Below the pieces are notes generated by a model that saw nothing but the letters and a program-made list of their open reading frames with translations, was not told the DNA's origin and made no database searches. Below, one piece after another: positions 25,753 through 39,925 of a stretch of 64,000 bases of DNA. Position 1 is the first letter of the stretch, and every line of letters starts with the position of its first letter. The translations under genes and the position numbers were made by a program. The stretch comes from Camelus dromedarius (taxonomy: Eukaryota). The stretch is taken from the NCBI RefSeq assembly GCF_036321535.1, contig NC_087436.1, positions 51,152,001-51,216,000 on the forward strand. Reading direction: 5' to 3'.

Positions 25753-26396
25753 TACTAAAAGATTGTGCTGTAATTGGGCCTGTGATGGACAAGGTGATTC
25801 CACATGTGCAGAGGTGAGATAACTTTGAAGGATGAACTCATTCCTCATAGCATCTACCCCAGCCCTGAGTTGGAGAAGCGGCAAGCCTTCCACACCTGGT
25901 CCCCCACAGGGACTGAGTGGAAAGCCCTTGGTGAGCAGCAAGGCTAAAAGGATTTTTTTTGTTTTTGTTTTTTGTTTTGTCTTGGCAGCAAATGGGAAGA
26001 TGCCTGGGGACTATCTTGCTAGTGATGGAAAATAGGGTGGCCCCTGCCTTCTGGAGGCAGGTCAGGGTCATGAAGTCAAGGATACAGACTGTTTGTGCTC
26101 TGACAGCAAACCAGGCATTTAGGGGTAAGAGGGCTTTGAGAAACTGCATATGGAGTGGGATAGAGATGAAAAACTTGTCAGTAGCTGTGGTTAAGTCAGA
26201 AGACTTTGTAAACCTCTTTTAAAGAGTATATCATAGCTTTTAAAATTGATTTTTCTTTAGTAAAAATTAAAAATTCCAGCCTGTCTTCATTGTGTTTGAA
26301 GAAACCTGGAAAAAGATTTTTAAAACCTCTGATTTAATTTTAACTTCCTAACTGAAACAGGAACACATACATGTTGTCTAAAACTTTGGCAAGTCA

Positions 26397-26533
26397 GGAG
26401 GAGGTTATAGCTCAGTGGTAGAGTGCATGCTTATTTAGCACGCACAAGTTCAATCTCCAGTACTTCCATTAAATAAATAAATAAATAAATCGAACTACCT
26501 GCCCACTCAAAAAACAAACAAACAAACAAACAA
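26397..26533 (+). mobile_element. Vic-1-like SINE with internal deletion near the B box
   Basis: TATAGCTCAGTGGTAGAGTGCATGC, then (AATA)n and a (AAAC)n tail; homologous to the copy at 139. Confidence 0.8.
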
Positions 26534-26810
26534 AAATTGACAAGTACAGAGAAGCAAAAATGAAAAAAAAAATTACCCATAATTTCACCATCCAGAGATA
26601 CACACTGTTAACATTTTGAAGCATATATCTCCAGATTTTATTTAACCTTATTTCTAGCAGTGGTGTCATTCTATACATACTGTTTTGTAACAGTCTTTTC
26701 CCCCCTTAACAATGTATTATAAAACAAGGCGTCTTTCTCCTTTAAATAATATATGGAGGAAGGGCTCTTTTCATCTCCTCTTAAGGAAGAACTTCGAAAG
26801 TGCATGTGAA

Positions 26811-26811
26811 C

Positions 26812-26857
<46 letters not shown>
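26811..26857. repeat. (TG)n microsatellite
   Basis: Read directly. Confidence 0.97.
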
Positions 26858-26859
<2 letters not shown>

Positions 26860-29805
26860 ATCGTGGGAGGGAATGCCCAGCACCATAGTGGCTTCAGTAA
26901 GAAATATAAGTAAGAAAATCTGCGAGGAGAAATGGAAAACAAATCTTGGGGAAATAGAGTTGTGATCGCTTGATTAGCCACCTCTTACACTTCTTATATC
27001 TGGAAGATCTTTCTAGAATGTTCTTTGCTCAAGCCTTAGAAAACTCTTTGATTATGGTGAAATAATGAGTAAACTTTAAAGAGGAAATTAAGAGGGAAGA
27101 AGTTCAAGAGAAGTTTGGTAGAGGGTGATTGAGCACATTGTTGTGCAATATCAAGGCGATTTGAAAGTGGTACTCGAGTTCCTTGTAGCCAAAGTTAGAT
27201 AGTTCCATTATTGCATCACTAACAAATGTGGAAGTGATGTCGAGTCACTCCAACATTGACATTTCTGCTGCCAGGGTGGAATATTTAAATCACCAGCTCC
27301 GTGACGTTGTGCAGTCCCCCCTGAAGGGGCGAGTTAGTGGGACTGTCGACTGGTTTCAGGGTCAGAAATGGCCTCCCACTTGTTAAACTCAAACCACCCT
27401 TTTTAAATATAAATATTTAAATTGTCCTATTGGGATCTTTGGCCAGTTGCCGTATTTGAAACACTCTTGTGTGTACTTTTCCCTCTGTACTTCTTTTGCT
27501 TCTTTTGTCATTTTGTTTAGGTTACTACTATGAAAAACTGGTTTTGCTATTGATTTTAAATATTACTGTGATGACAGGTAAGAGGTTCATTCATTCATTT
27601 ACTGATTCATTCATTCAGCAAGTATTTACTGAAATCTTCTTGTGCCAAGCACATAGTATTATATTGTTAGTATTAGCGTTAGTAAATACTAAGGTAGATA
27701 TGAGTTCAAGGATTGCAGCGGTTTCTTTCTCATTAAATAAGTATTTTGGATCTTCATCTTTTTCTCTTCTGAATACATTCCTAACAATCTGTGACCAGTC
27801 TTACTGGTCTCGTAGTCATATGTAGTTATATGATGGTAGCTTAAGTGGGTGAATCAACAAGTTGGCTTCTCTGCTTGAACTGCAAGGATACTGGGTTTAA
27901 ACTAGTCATAGGGAGGCAAAACATTCAAGACGGTGCACATCCATGTATTCCAGGTTTGATGGTCCTCTTGCAGGCGTGCTTCATGGCGATGCCAGCAGGC
28001 ATGGGTGTGCAGTAGAGGGTGTTGTGCCACGTCTGGGCTGTCTGCCGCTTGAGTGGGGCTGTTACACCTGCCCAGTGTTCCTGCTTGGGTGATGGACTTC
28101 TTGGGGGGAGATGGACAATAAGGGGCGCTTTTGGTAGGGGGGGCAAAGAATGGCTACCATCTTGCATTTCCTTCTTAATTCTCATCATGGTGAGAAAACT
28201 TGGCTGATGTTTGATTGCTTTTGAGGTCTCTCTTTGGGTAGGGTGCTAAATATGGCCTGAGAGTACTTTAAATTTATGATTCAAGTCACTATAAGGGGAA
28301 ACAAATACACTCCTTGTCAAGATCTAAGTGGTTCTTTCTTTCATTATTTGTGTTCTTGGTGTTCAGTCCACCAAAACATACGAGTATAGCAGCAAGAGTG
28401 CTGGCTTAGAAGTCGGAAGACACAAGAAGACATTGGTTTGAATTCTGTCTTTAACACTTACAAATTGTTTAATCTTGGACATGATTTCTTTATCCCAGAT
28501 TTCTCTTAAAATCCACTTTAATAGTTGAAGTGGGAATTGAAAGAGATCAATCATACAGTTATGTTAAGCACGTAGCTCTTATGTGCTTCCCAGAACATCT
28601 ATAATAACTATTGTTTATAAAATTCACTTGTCAACTAATCACCTACTTATTTGCAGTACTGATTTCTGCCTTATTTAAGTTCTTGTGGCTCATGTCTTAT
28701 CTCTTCAGCCATCAGAAGTGTTGAGCTAACGTTTCAAACATGTATCTCCTCCTCCAGGAAGCCCTCCCTGACCTCTTCCTTCTTCCCTCACAAGACTTGG
28801 CACATATCTTTATCATTCCACTTATCCCCTTGTATTGTAGCTATCTGTTTGTATCTATATGTTTTACTTACGGAATGGTGAGCTTATCGAAGGTGGAACT
28901 ATGTCTTCTTCTCAGCACGTAGCAGAACACATGGCCCAGAGAAGATGTGATCAGCATGTGTTTGGTGAATGACTAGATGAACGAGAGTGAGGGAGAAGTG
29001 GAACTGGTTTCTACAGGAGCAGAATAGAGGAAGATTTTGCATGGATTTTTATTCAGCCTCTTACCTGCGGCATCTCTTCAAAGAACAGGAGACCTGTCAT
29101 TCACCTGGAATGTGGAGAGGGACAGGTTACATGGCTCTCATCTCAGCTACGTATATACAAATTCCAGAAGGTTAGTTGTAGTTCTTACTGAAAAACAACA
29201 GCTGTGGCAGAGCAGGGCATGATAGGGAAGTCACTAAAAGAAAAGAAGGTAGATGGGACCCTTTCAGACTTGGAGTCTAACCCCAGTTCTGCCTCTAGGA
29301 CTTCGTAATGCAATTTAGAGTTTAAGTGCTCAGCTACTTGACCACCAAGAAAAACCGACCGGACTTGATGTTTCACTCTAATTTTGATCGTCACTGAGTC
29401 TAGATGTATTACAAGGCACTCTCTCTCTTGGCCTTTACCTCTGTGGCAGAGAGCTGTGACACACCTGGCAGCATCCTGATTGGGGATGTGAGCTGCTCGC
29501 CTTCCACAGAAGCACAGTCCATGCAAAACAGAATTTGAAACCACCCCTGGGGTGACTTTTGAGTGGAGTGATACTTTATTTGTGGCGTGGTGTGAAGGCC
29601 TAGGCTTAATGGGTACAGGCTCAGATGGTCCTGTTGCTTTGTATTATTTAGTGGGTGCCACTTGACTAGGCAGCCAAACAGAGAAGAAAGCCCATGTGCT
29701 GGGAAGAGGAGGAAGGATGGAGAAGCTGCTCTCTTCATTTCCCACAGTTTTGGGTGCAGCATTCCTTTGCTAGCTTTAAAAATGTCTTTTAAATAATTAC
29801 TTTAT

Positions 29806-30200
29806 GTATCAATTAGGACTCTTTCATTTCTAAGTAAAAGAAACCTAAGAGAAATTAGCTTAAGTCAAAAAGGAAATTCATTGGCTCAGGGAACTGAAGA
29901 GTCAATGGGTAGAACCAGCATTAGGTACAGCTGTATCCAGGAGATTTAGTGCTGGCATTGGATACCTGCCTCTCTCTATTCATTAGTCCACTTCCTTTTA
30001 CGTGGTGGAAAAGTGGCCTCAGGAGCCCATAGACTCCTAGAAATCCCAGTGGAAGATTTCTTCAGTAGCTCCACCAGAGAGTGGACAGGTCTGGGTCCTA
30101 TTTCCCTGGTCAGCACCTACTAAATCACATGGAGAGGGGCTCTGGTCACAGGCAGGTGGTCTGTTACTGGATGATGGGGAAGGGGTCTCAGGCAGGCAAA
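29806..30200. mobile_element. Old MaLR LTR (MLT1-type)
   Basis: tgtatcaattaggactcttt...agcttaagtcaaaaaggaaattcattggctca resembles old MLT1 ends. Confidence 0.5.
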
Positions 30201-30924
30201 ACCGATAAGCACTTACTCCATTTTACTGGCTACGTTTTGGGCTTAGCTTGCTCTGCTTGATTCTCTGGCTCCCTTTTCTGCTTTTGCACAAATCGTGTAT
30301 GTGTTTCTATTCTCTCTCCTGATGGTCTCTGCCACTCCCACTTAGCCTTTGTCTCCTTACAGAGGACAGCCCTGTCCTTACCTCCGGCCTCTCCCTTTCT
30401 CAGAGAACACTCACACATCGTTTCTATCTGGTGTCCCACAGGCAGGCACTGCAACTTTAAATGTCTAAAACCAAGCTTGCCACAATCCTCTCAAAGGTAT
30501 TTTTCCCCCCAGATTCCCTTATCACACCAGTAGCAACATCCTCTTTCTACTCTCCCAGAGTTGTAACCTCAAAAGTCGTTCTTTGACTATTTCCTTTGCA
30601 TATTTTTTTTCTGCTTTATGTGAACTCTCCGTTGTTCTTTATCATTATGTCTCTTACGAATTTATCACTTTCCCTCTGGTTTTATACCTACTGGTGTATC
30701 TGATTTATTTCTGCAAAAATTATTTAGGTTTCTTGATGGGAGGTGTGATGGCTTATTTATGTTTGTACTATTTCTTTCTTGGTTGTCACCCTCCAGCTTC
30801 CCTTGCTTTCCACTCTTTCCGTCAGTATTATACCCAGGATTTTATGATGCAATAAATATTTGTTGAATGAAGAAAAGAATTGATGTGCTGTGTAGTATAA
30901 TTACATGGTCATTATACTTGGTAT

Positions 30925-31389
30925 TGACAAGGAAAGCCAGAGCCTGACAGGAGTTAAAGCAACGAAGACAGAGTTTATGCAAGAACTATTGCAGTGGGGT
31001 AGCAGGGACCTCCGTATAGAACTGGGCTCAGTTCCAAGTACATCACGGACAGGTGGGGGTTTACAGTCAAGGAGCAAGGTGGGGGGGTCAGTGGATGGGA
31101 AATTACTAAGAGGAAACATCAAGTTTAGGGAGGGATGTTGGTTTACTAGACCTCAGAAGATTCCTACTGAAGGCAGTCCGGGATAATCAGATACCAAGGG
31201 TGAGAAATGAGGAATGGGCCAGATATTAAGGGTGATCAAATATTAGCGATGGGGGATTTCTCCAACCTGACTTAGCAGGACTCTTGCTAACACTGGGGAG
31301 TGCAGGCCCAGAAGGATGGAAGCAAGGCTGAGACCTAGATGGCTTAGGAGAACCTGGTTAAAGTTTGGTCCAGTAGAGAGTGTGTGTCA
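30925..31389. mobile_element. ERV solo LTR
   Basis: Begins TGACAA, ends TGTCA, ~465 bp. Internal gggggtcagtggatgggaaattactaagagg; related to the fragment at ~54787. Confidence 0.65.
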
Positions 31390-32419
31390 TTCTCTAAGCT
31401 GTGTAATTTCACATCTTGCCTAACTCATTGGCATTTATCCTAGGCAGATTGCCACTGTAAAAAATGCTGAGGGAGGAACTTGCCCTCATTGTTCAACCTT
31501 CCCCATCTCCTTTTTGCTCCAGTCGCAGCATTTCCACAAAGATCTATCTGGGAAAGAAGAGGGAAAAAAAACCCCCAACCTTCTGACTAGTCAGCTCTGG
31601 AGGAAGACAGAGTAGAGGAAACAGAAGAAGAAATGCCTGGGACTATGTGCTAAAATGATGTTGAATATAATTTGGCGTCTTATTTATGATACAGGCCAAA
31701 ACCCTCTTTTCTCTACCATGACCTGACTTTGGTGCTTCCTGTGTATAAGGCCCTTCCGAGATCACTTTAATGGGGTAAGAGACTAGCAAGTAGGAGGTTA
31801 AGTCCACACTGAGAAAATATCTTTAGGAAGAAGTCAGCCCCCTGTGCATTCGTGTGTCTGCCGGTGGGGGTGTGCGTTCCCTAGCACAGAGCTCACAGGG
31901 CCACAGCACACATCGGGTGGCGCTCTTGAAAACAGCAGTTTTGTAAGAGCAAACAGGTGGAAGGAGGAACAGCTGAGTCCAGGAAGGCGAAGGAGAGAGT
32001 GAGAGCGCCTGAAGGCACATGCTGTTCTGGTCAATCACCTTGCCTGTCTGCCCAGGAGCTCTTGTGGACCACGCTGGCTTCATAGTTCCTTCAGTGTTTG
32101 TTTTGGAGGAGAAGGGGTGTGTTTGAGAGGACGTTTGAACTTCCTCAATGGTTCTACCGGTTCTGCTGTCACCCTCAATGTGCAGGCCCTGGGCGCTCGT
32201 CCTGTTTGTCTCTGCCCTGGGCAGCACCGCCCTTTCTCAGACAGCTGCCTTCCTTGTGTGAGGTTCAACTGTTTAATCAAAGCACTATCAAAATCAATAT
32301 TGTTTAAAGCCAAACAAGGTGCTGTGTAATGCTCTTTGCATTCTACTTGCTGGAAGATAGCTATTTAATTAAACTAACTAATTAATTTTCACTCATAACT
32401 TAGCTCCTTTATTTTGTTT

Positions 32420-32660
32420 TTAATTAAACTATAGTTAGCATTCAATATTATGTCAGTTTTAGGTGTCCTACCTAGTGATTTGACGTTTGCAGACATTGTG
32501 AAATGGTCACTGTGCTATGCCTAGCAACCATCTGTCCCTTGCAAAGTTACTGCAGTATTATCGACCACGTTCCTTATGCTGTGTATTATATTCCCATGGC
32601 TTTTTGTACCTTTTAATACCCTGCACCTATTTCACTTCCCTGCTTCTGACAACCACTGTT
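32420..32660 (-). mobile_element. Old L1 3' end
   Basis: atagttagcattcaatattatgtcagttttaggtgt...ttccttatgctgtgtattatattccc. Confidence 0.6.
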
Positions 32661-33901
32661 CTCTGAAGGTAGAAGCTATTTTAAATAAATCAGGCTGCCA
32701 TTAATTCAGTTTTTCATGCTATTAGTATTCTATCCTCATTCTAAAATCATAAAGCAAAGCCTAGAGGTTTGTCATCTCTCTTCCTTTTTGTTCTTTCTAT
32801 ATAGATCGCCAAGACTCTCAGCTATCTTGTAGTGTTGATTATGTATTCGACTGCATTGTTTATTTTTCCTAACCATATATAGGAGAGTGTCTTTAATAAC
32901 GTACAGTGAGCAATCTGGGCATCCTTAGGGATAGTGACTTTAAAACTCTTGATCGCCATTTATAGTGAAAAATGAACTTTACATCTTGTGGTCCAGTGTA
33001 CACGTACATGCTACGTACAAAGTGTAACTGAAGCAAAAGTTTGATTAAGTCATACTTACCCTTGTGTGTAATGCACTCTACAGTTCCTATTATATTGTTT
33101 TTTACTTACAGAATGCTGACTGTGACTTAGTGGATTTCCTGATTCACTAATGGGTCACAATTAGAGTCTGAAAAGAACTGCTTAACAGTCATCAAGTTTT
33201 AGGAAGTCTTAGACTGTTAATTCTGAGACTTTGCAAGTTATCTTTGGGCAGCTTCCCCTTTTCCTCCTATTTTATAGTTGGAGGAACTTGAAGTCCAAGT
33301 CCTTAAGACTTCCTCGCAGGGAAACAGTGCTGCTCTGTGTTTACCCTGCTACACTTATTCCTGGAGTCCTGCAGTGGGGCGGTTGAACCACATGGACTCT
33401 GTAATTTTTGAGCCTAACAATTATGCTCCTGGGTGTCTTCATGGTAATGAATAAACTACACCCGCTTTCTCTCCCTCAGTTGGCTTTTGAGCTATTTTCT
33501 CCCTCCATTAGTTTATTGTCCCCTATTCTCGGCCTAAGGGAAGACTAACGCAGCATTGAGTGTACTGTCTCCTCTTCCAGGGGTGGTGCACAGCTGTCAC
33601 TGTCAGGAACCCAAAGGAGAGTTTGAGTTCAGTAAAGAACAGCTTTAGGCACATACTAAATCATTAAAAAAAAAAAGTCTGTGCATTTTCTTTAAGGCAA
33701 TTGAAGCTGTAGCTTTCAACAACTACCTATATTTTGATGTGTTTGATGTTTTTTTCATCTTTCCGTCATAAACAGTAGTGATCTCTTTTTACCAAATCGT
33801 ACATTTTTAATTTGACTGTTTCTGTTGTGAAAGGAATTGCAGCACTTTAAGGTCAAACAATTAACAACAACTTTGGAGTTCTCAGCATGCTCAGTTCATA
33901 G

Positions 33902-34250
33902 TGTATTAGTCAGCACGAGCTGCCATAACAAAATACTGTAGACTGGGTGGCTTCAACAACAGAAATTTATTTTCTCATGGGCTGGAGACTGGAAGACCAA
34001 AGTCAAGGGTTGGTGTCTGCTAAGAGCTCTCTCCTTGGATGGCTGATGGCCGCTTTTTGGCTGTGTCCTCACATGGCAGAGAGAGGGAGAGAACAAGGAA
34101 GCTCTTTTGTGTCTCCTTGGAGCAGGGCCTCACCCTAGTGACTTCATCTAACTCTAATAGCTCCTAAAGGCCTCATCATCAAATATCATCACCTTGTGGG
34201 TTAAGGCTTCAATGTATGAATGTGAGAAGGACGCAATCCAGTCCATAGCA
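33902..34250 (-). mobile_element. MaLR LTR (MLT1A/B-like)
   Basis: tgtattagtc...gctgccataacaaaatact...gactgggtggcttcaacaacagaaatttattttctca...cagtccatagca. Confidence 0.85.
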
Positions 34251-35085
34251 CAGAGCTAAGGTCTCAGTGGGGTTTAAATACTGGCTGAAGTATACAAAGA
34301 AATGTTCTTTGCACACCTTAAAGACAGACTTTTCTATTTGAGTGAATGAGTGTATTTCATACTCTATAATTCTCATAACATTTATTAGCAATAGTAATAC
34401 ATTTAATTTCTTTTGTATTCTTCCTAATAATGCAAGTATATGTAAGAAAGTTTACAATTAAAATATGCCCAAGAGTAAAATGATACTTTGAAAAAGTTAT
34501 TTCTGCCCAGAATTTTTTCTAATGCAGATTCTGTTCCTCATTAATAGTTAAATAAATTTCTAAACAGTCTAGCACCATTTTCAAAACTTTATATAATATA
34601 GGAAAGCTACCCACCATCGAGAATAATATATATCTTAGCAAACAACCATTTGTGATAAAGACATATTTTAAAACAACTTTTATATATTGAAATTATTATC
34701 AGAGTCTAGAATGGATGAATTTCTTGACCATGAAACTGTGAGGGAACCAGGTGTTTGTCTGCAAGAAATGCTATACAGACCCACTCCCGTAGCCAACACA
34801 AAACACCTAATCAAACCAAAGAAAAACAGAGAGGGAAGGTTGAGGATACAGAATTGTCTTAAACCTCCTTGTGAGAATTACCATCATTCTAATTTTAATA
34901 TGTTTAAAGTCCCTGGAAATCCCCAAATCCATTCTTGTATTTTGGCTGCTACGGGTAGACTGTTGACTGAGTTTTCTCTTTTTTTTTTTTGCTATTTTTC
35001 TAATTTCTAGATTTAAAGAGATGTGGCCTGCTTTATGATTGTAGAGGTCTAACATTTTTGTAGTGAGTTTTTGTATAAGAGATAG

Positions 35086-35403
<318 letters not shown>

Positions 35404-36129
35404 TGAAAATAAGGCGCTTCTTTTTCTGCTTTATTGCTCTTAATTAATCTACATCAAATCCCTTGAGTAAAAATACTTATATTCTGGAAGTATTTAGAGT
35501 ATACATAGTTAGAACTCATTTAAGCTTCAGAAGTTATGCTGTTTGATTTATGGAGTCAAAATTTTACTTGGTACCAATTGAAAATTTTAGAAAATTTGGT
35601 TCTTGATTTTAAACAATGTGTTTTATGCTGTGTATGTTGGATGGCACATTCACTATTTGGGTCATAAGTGACCAATTTCCATTACCTTCTGCTTATCGTA
35701 TTATTTTAAAACTGTCAATTTATCTGCCATTGTTAGGAAAGAGATAAAGGAACTAGTGTGGTTCTAGAGTAAATCTTAAGGTACTGAGTTATTAGTGCTT
35801 TAATTTTCATAAGTGAAAGGAAACACCAGTGCCTATTTTAAGTGCCTATGATGGTGTTGCCATAGATACTGAATTAAAAAAAGTAACCTGCAAAAAAATG
35901 TTAAAAAAAGAAGTGTGTCCTTACTGGTTAGTTCACATACTCCATTAAATATGTAGAAGAGTTCTTTCACCAGTGAGAGAAACCAATTGTTGAGGGGTTA
36001 TTTTGCTAGCTCTGTGCAATTTCTTGATATTCCCAAATTGCTACCGTATCCCACACGAGTATTTTAATTCTTATTTTTTTTGCTCCTTTATGTTCTGTGT
36101 ATTAAGGATTCAGCAGTGAGCAAGAAGAA

Positions 36130-36350
36130 AAAGTACAGTAAAAGCACAGATTCTGAAGTCAGCCCACCGAGGCTCACATCCCAGCTCTGCAGCTTTCCAG
36201 CTATGTTGTGTGCTTGACTTTATGTCTGTGGGCTATCTGCCTCACTTTTCTCATTTAAAATAATACCTTTCTTATAAGGTTCTACAAGGATTAAATAACA
36301 ATGTTTGTAAAACATTTAGAGTACTATCTGGCACATAATAGGTACTATAT
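36130..36350 (+). mobile_element. MIR relic
   Basis: catcccagctctgc...gcctcacttttctcatttaaaa...aggattaaataacaatgtttgtaaaacatttag. Confidence 0.6.
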
Positions 36351-38239
36351 ATATATCTTTTAAATAAAATGTATTTAACATGTACATAATTCTGGGGACA
36401 GGGGGAAAAGCTTCAGAAAAAGCAAATCCTCTACTCTGTGCAAGTCAATTACTGATACTCAAAAGTGTTTTAACCCCAATTCCCAGGTTACTCTCAGGAA
36501 CCAGGTGGGAGGAACAGGGAAGTGGGAAGCAGTAAGTGGAAGAATTCTAGGGTCAACACTGCAAAGTCACAAAATGGAAAAATCAACACTTCTTAGTTAC
36601 AAGATCAAGTAGACTCTGACTATTTGGACCCAGGACCCAATAATGAAAGAAATGCCTCTTAGGGTGCATGTTATCTTAGGAGTTTAAATAAGGCTGGAGT
36701 GGGTGGGATTGGGTGAGAGGAGATAGAGAAAAGTTTCTGGAGAACTAGAGGAACTAGAAGAATACTCACTGCTCATCTAAGATGTTGAATTTGATGGCAT
36801 ATTGCCTATACTTGGTGTAATATCTTAATTGTTTCATTTTCGTGCAGCTGTGTAGTCTTGGGTAACTTATTTAATGTCTCTATGCGTCATCTGTAAAATG
36901 GAGTCATAATAGTACCTTTCTTACAGAATTACTGGGTGTATCAAATGAGTTAATACATGCAAGCACCCAGGACAGTGCCTGGTACGGAGCAGAAAGAATA
37001 TGTCTTCACTCTTCTTATATATGTGCTCATAGGTTCACCCCATTCCCTGGCTGTGTGTAAGCTTGTCCTTTTCTCACAAAGAAATCATTTTTTAACTACT
37101 GAAATGCATTGGATTCTTGATATAACAGTTCACCTAATATAGAGTCAATTTTGAGCTCATTTAAGGGAATGAAAAACCAAAATAAAAGCAATCTAAAGGA
37201 GTCATGATACAGAGATTTTATGAACACATTTACTCTGATATTTCAGTGAGCAGAGCAAAGAGTTTTATTTATCTGAAACCTCACATTTTGTGGTTTTTAA
37301 ATTGCCTTTCAGGTGCTTTATAAACTCATACTGATGAGTGCAAGAAACTGATGATAAATTAAATTCTCTAGGATATTAATTACATTTTAGCAAGAAATTA
37401 ATGGCCAAAAGTTGCCTCATTTTTTTTTTTTGCAATCACAGAATGCGGTTCAATTCAAATAACAGATAAGAATAATAGAATTTTACTCGAAGTGTCCCTG
37501 AAAATCACATTGTCTAACTCGTAATACAACCAGTGACATAAATCTATGCTCCAGAGAGGTTAGGTGGCTTCCTCTAGGTACAATACCTGAGACGGGATGA
37601 CAGCCCAGGGCTCCTGACTCCTGGGTTGTTGCCCTTTCATTGTCTAACAGTGGGATAAGTGAACTGAAATTTGCATAATGTCTGCTTACTAATTTTTTAA
37701 AAAAGTAATAATAACACTTACTGAAGACTTACTGTATTCCAGGGACTGTATTAACTGTTTTTATTCTTGTAAAAACTCTATGAACTAGGAGAATTCAATA
37801 AGTTTAAAAAAGTGAAGTTCTTAGAAGAATCTTAACACATTCTGGGCATTCAATAAATATTAGCTGTTGTTACTAATATGGCTTGTAATGTATTAAAAAT
37901 CCTTCAGAGTTCACTAAGAAGCAGAGAGAAAGGATTCTCCCTGGAACACATCATTAGAGGGAGTCCTATGGGTGTATAGAGCAGTCCAAGGAATGCTTTT
38001 ATACCAGTTCAATCTTTGGTGCCCAAGTTGAGGGGATGAATGGATTTTTTTTTCTTGAGTAATGTTCTAATGATACAAGAAGGGGAAACCATCTGCAGTG
38101 CGATGGTTCACACTTCCACAGTTCCCCAGGTGCTTCTGATAAAATGTGCACAATAGTAAGGAAGGTAAGAAAAATTGGACAAGGAAATGAATTAGTATTT
38201 TTTCGAAAGAGTTCTGGGCTGCACCTTGAGATATGGCAT

Positions 38240-38900
38240 TCATTAATTCATTCATCAAGGAATGTGTACTGTTTGCTAAGCAATGTTCTAGGCACTGAAT
38301 AAAATATAGCCCCTGTCCTTGAAAATCTTATAATTTGTATTAGGTAGACAAGTACAGGAGTGATAGAATGATGGTAGCATGCAAGAAATGGTGGACGGTC
38401 CACACACCTTCAAACAAAGAGCTGTGGGAAACATGACAAGCAAGGCACTTCTGCCTGGAGGAGCCAGGAAAGCTTCTTAGAGGAGATCTTTGAGGTGGCT
38501 GGGAGAGCCCTGTGTGAATCTGTCAGGCAATGAAGATAGAAAGGTGTTTCCAGACAAAGAACCACAGTGCAAAGATAATTCTGCTTTTGGAAAACATTGT
38601 ATCTGCATAAAGGCTGTGTTGATCTGGGTAAATAACATTGGAGAGGTGGTGTGGCAGTCTGTTTATGAAGGATAGTTGTGAATAGAGGCACGAGATGATT
38701 TGAGCTGTGTTTTGGGATACTAAGTCTGGTGGCCATGCCAAGTAGGGGGAGGAAGACCAGAAAGCTGTCATAATGTGTCAGATGAGGAGAGTGAGAGATG
38801 AGAGCCTGAACTCAAGCCATGAGCAACGGGAGGGAGAAGCTGGAGCGAGAGAGATCTCAAGCAGAATTGATAGCGTTTGGTCACTAATTATCTTTGGAAT
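38240..38900 (-). mobile_element. LINE-2 3' relic
   Basis: cattcattaattcattcatcaa...tgttctaggcactg followed by a purine-rich L2-like body. Confidence 0.55.
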
Positions 38901-39714
38901 TGATTGTGGAGAGTGAGAAATTGAAATTGATCCTTATCCTTCTGCTATTTACAGAAACCATGAACATGGGCAGTGAAATAGAATTTCTCAGGGGAAGCTG
39001 ATGAATTTTTATGTGTAGTGGCTTTTCCTCCATTTGGTGCTCAAAAAATTTTTTGCATTTTTCTTTTAGTTTCAATGTGTATATATCTTGTCTACCCAGC
39101 TGGATTATATTTGTTGAATGAATGAATACATGTAGGCTAGTGATGGGATGGAAGGTTAGGACAACTACACATTGATATACCATGGAGGAAGAGGTGGGAC
39201 TGAGAACTTAGTCTAAGTGGGAACTTTGAAGGGAGTGGGTAGTATTGTTTTAGGTGATAAGATAAGAAAAAGGAAAGAGGTGGACCTTTGTGAGTCCAAT
39301 GAGATGACTCTAGGGCATGATCAGAAGTCTGGGACTGATAGGAAAGTATCTGGAGAAGAGAAAAGTCATGGTTGGTGCTGTGATGGTTCTTGTGGTAACA
39401 TAGTAAAGTTTATTATCTGTCCTTTTCACTTGGTATCCAACACAAGCTAGCTTGTCTTGCTCTGTGTGTGTGTGTGGCTGCTTGCCTCCCCAGGCAAAGG
39501 ATCCAAGGTCCTTGTTGGCAGGAACCACGGTTTGGTCTACATCCTGGACTCCATAAACATTTGCTCTGGCTGTTTATTTGTAGTTAGACTCGCTTGAACT
39601 AGAGTAATGGTGAGCAATCCTGTATTCATGAAGCACGATAATGAAGGTCCACAATTTTGTTGAGTCCCTTGGGCTTAAGTTAGATTACTTCTAAGGAGTA
39701 ACGAAGCAGATTGC

Positions 39715-39925
39715 TAATGAACGTGGACTCTGGAGCCGGACTGGGTTGGAAATCTAGCATTCTATCCACGTGACTCTGGCAGCTTATTTGAACTCCACAT
39801 ACCTTGGTTTCCTCAACCGTATGAAGGAGGTAGTAGCAGTACTTACCTCAGAGGGTTTTGTGAAGATCAGATGAATTAATACACATTAGTCATTTAGCGC
39901 AGTGCCTGGCGTGTGGCAGTCACTC
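39715..39925 (+). mobile_element. MIR relic
   Basis: ggactctggagccggactgggttggaaat...acttacctcagagggttttgtgaagatcagatga...cagtgcctggc. Confidence 0.7.
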
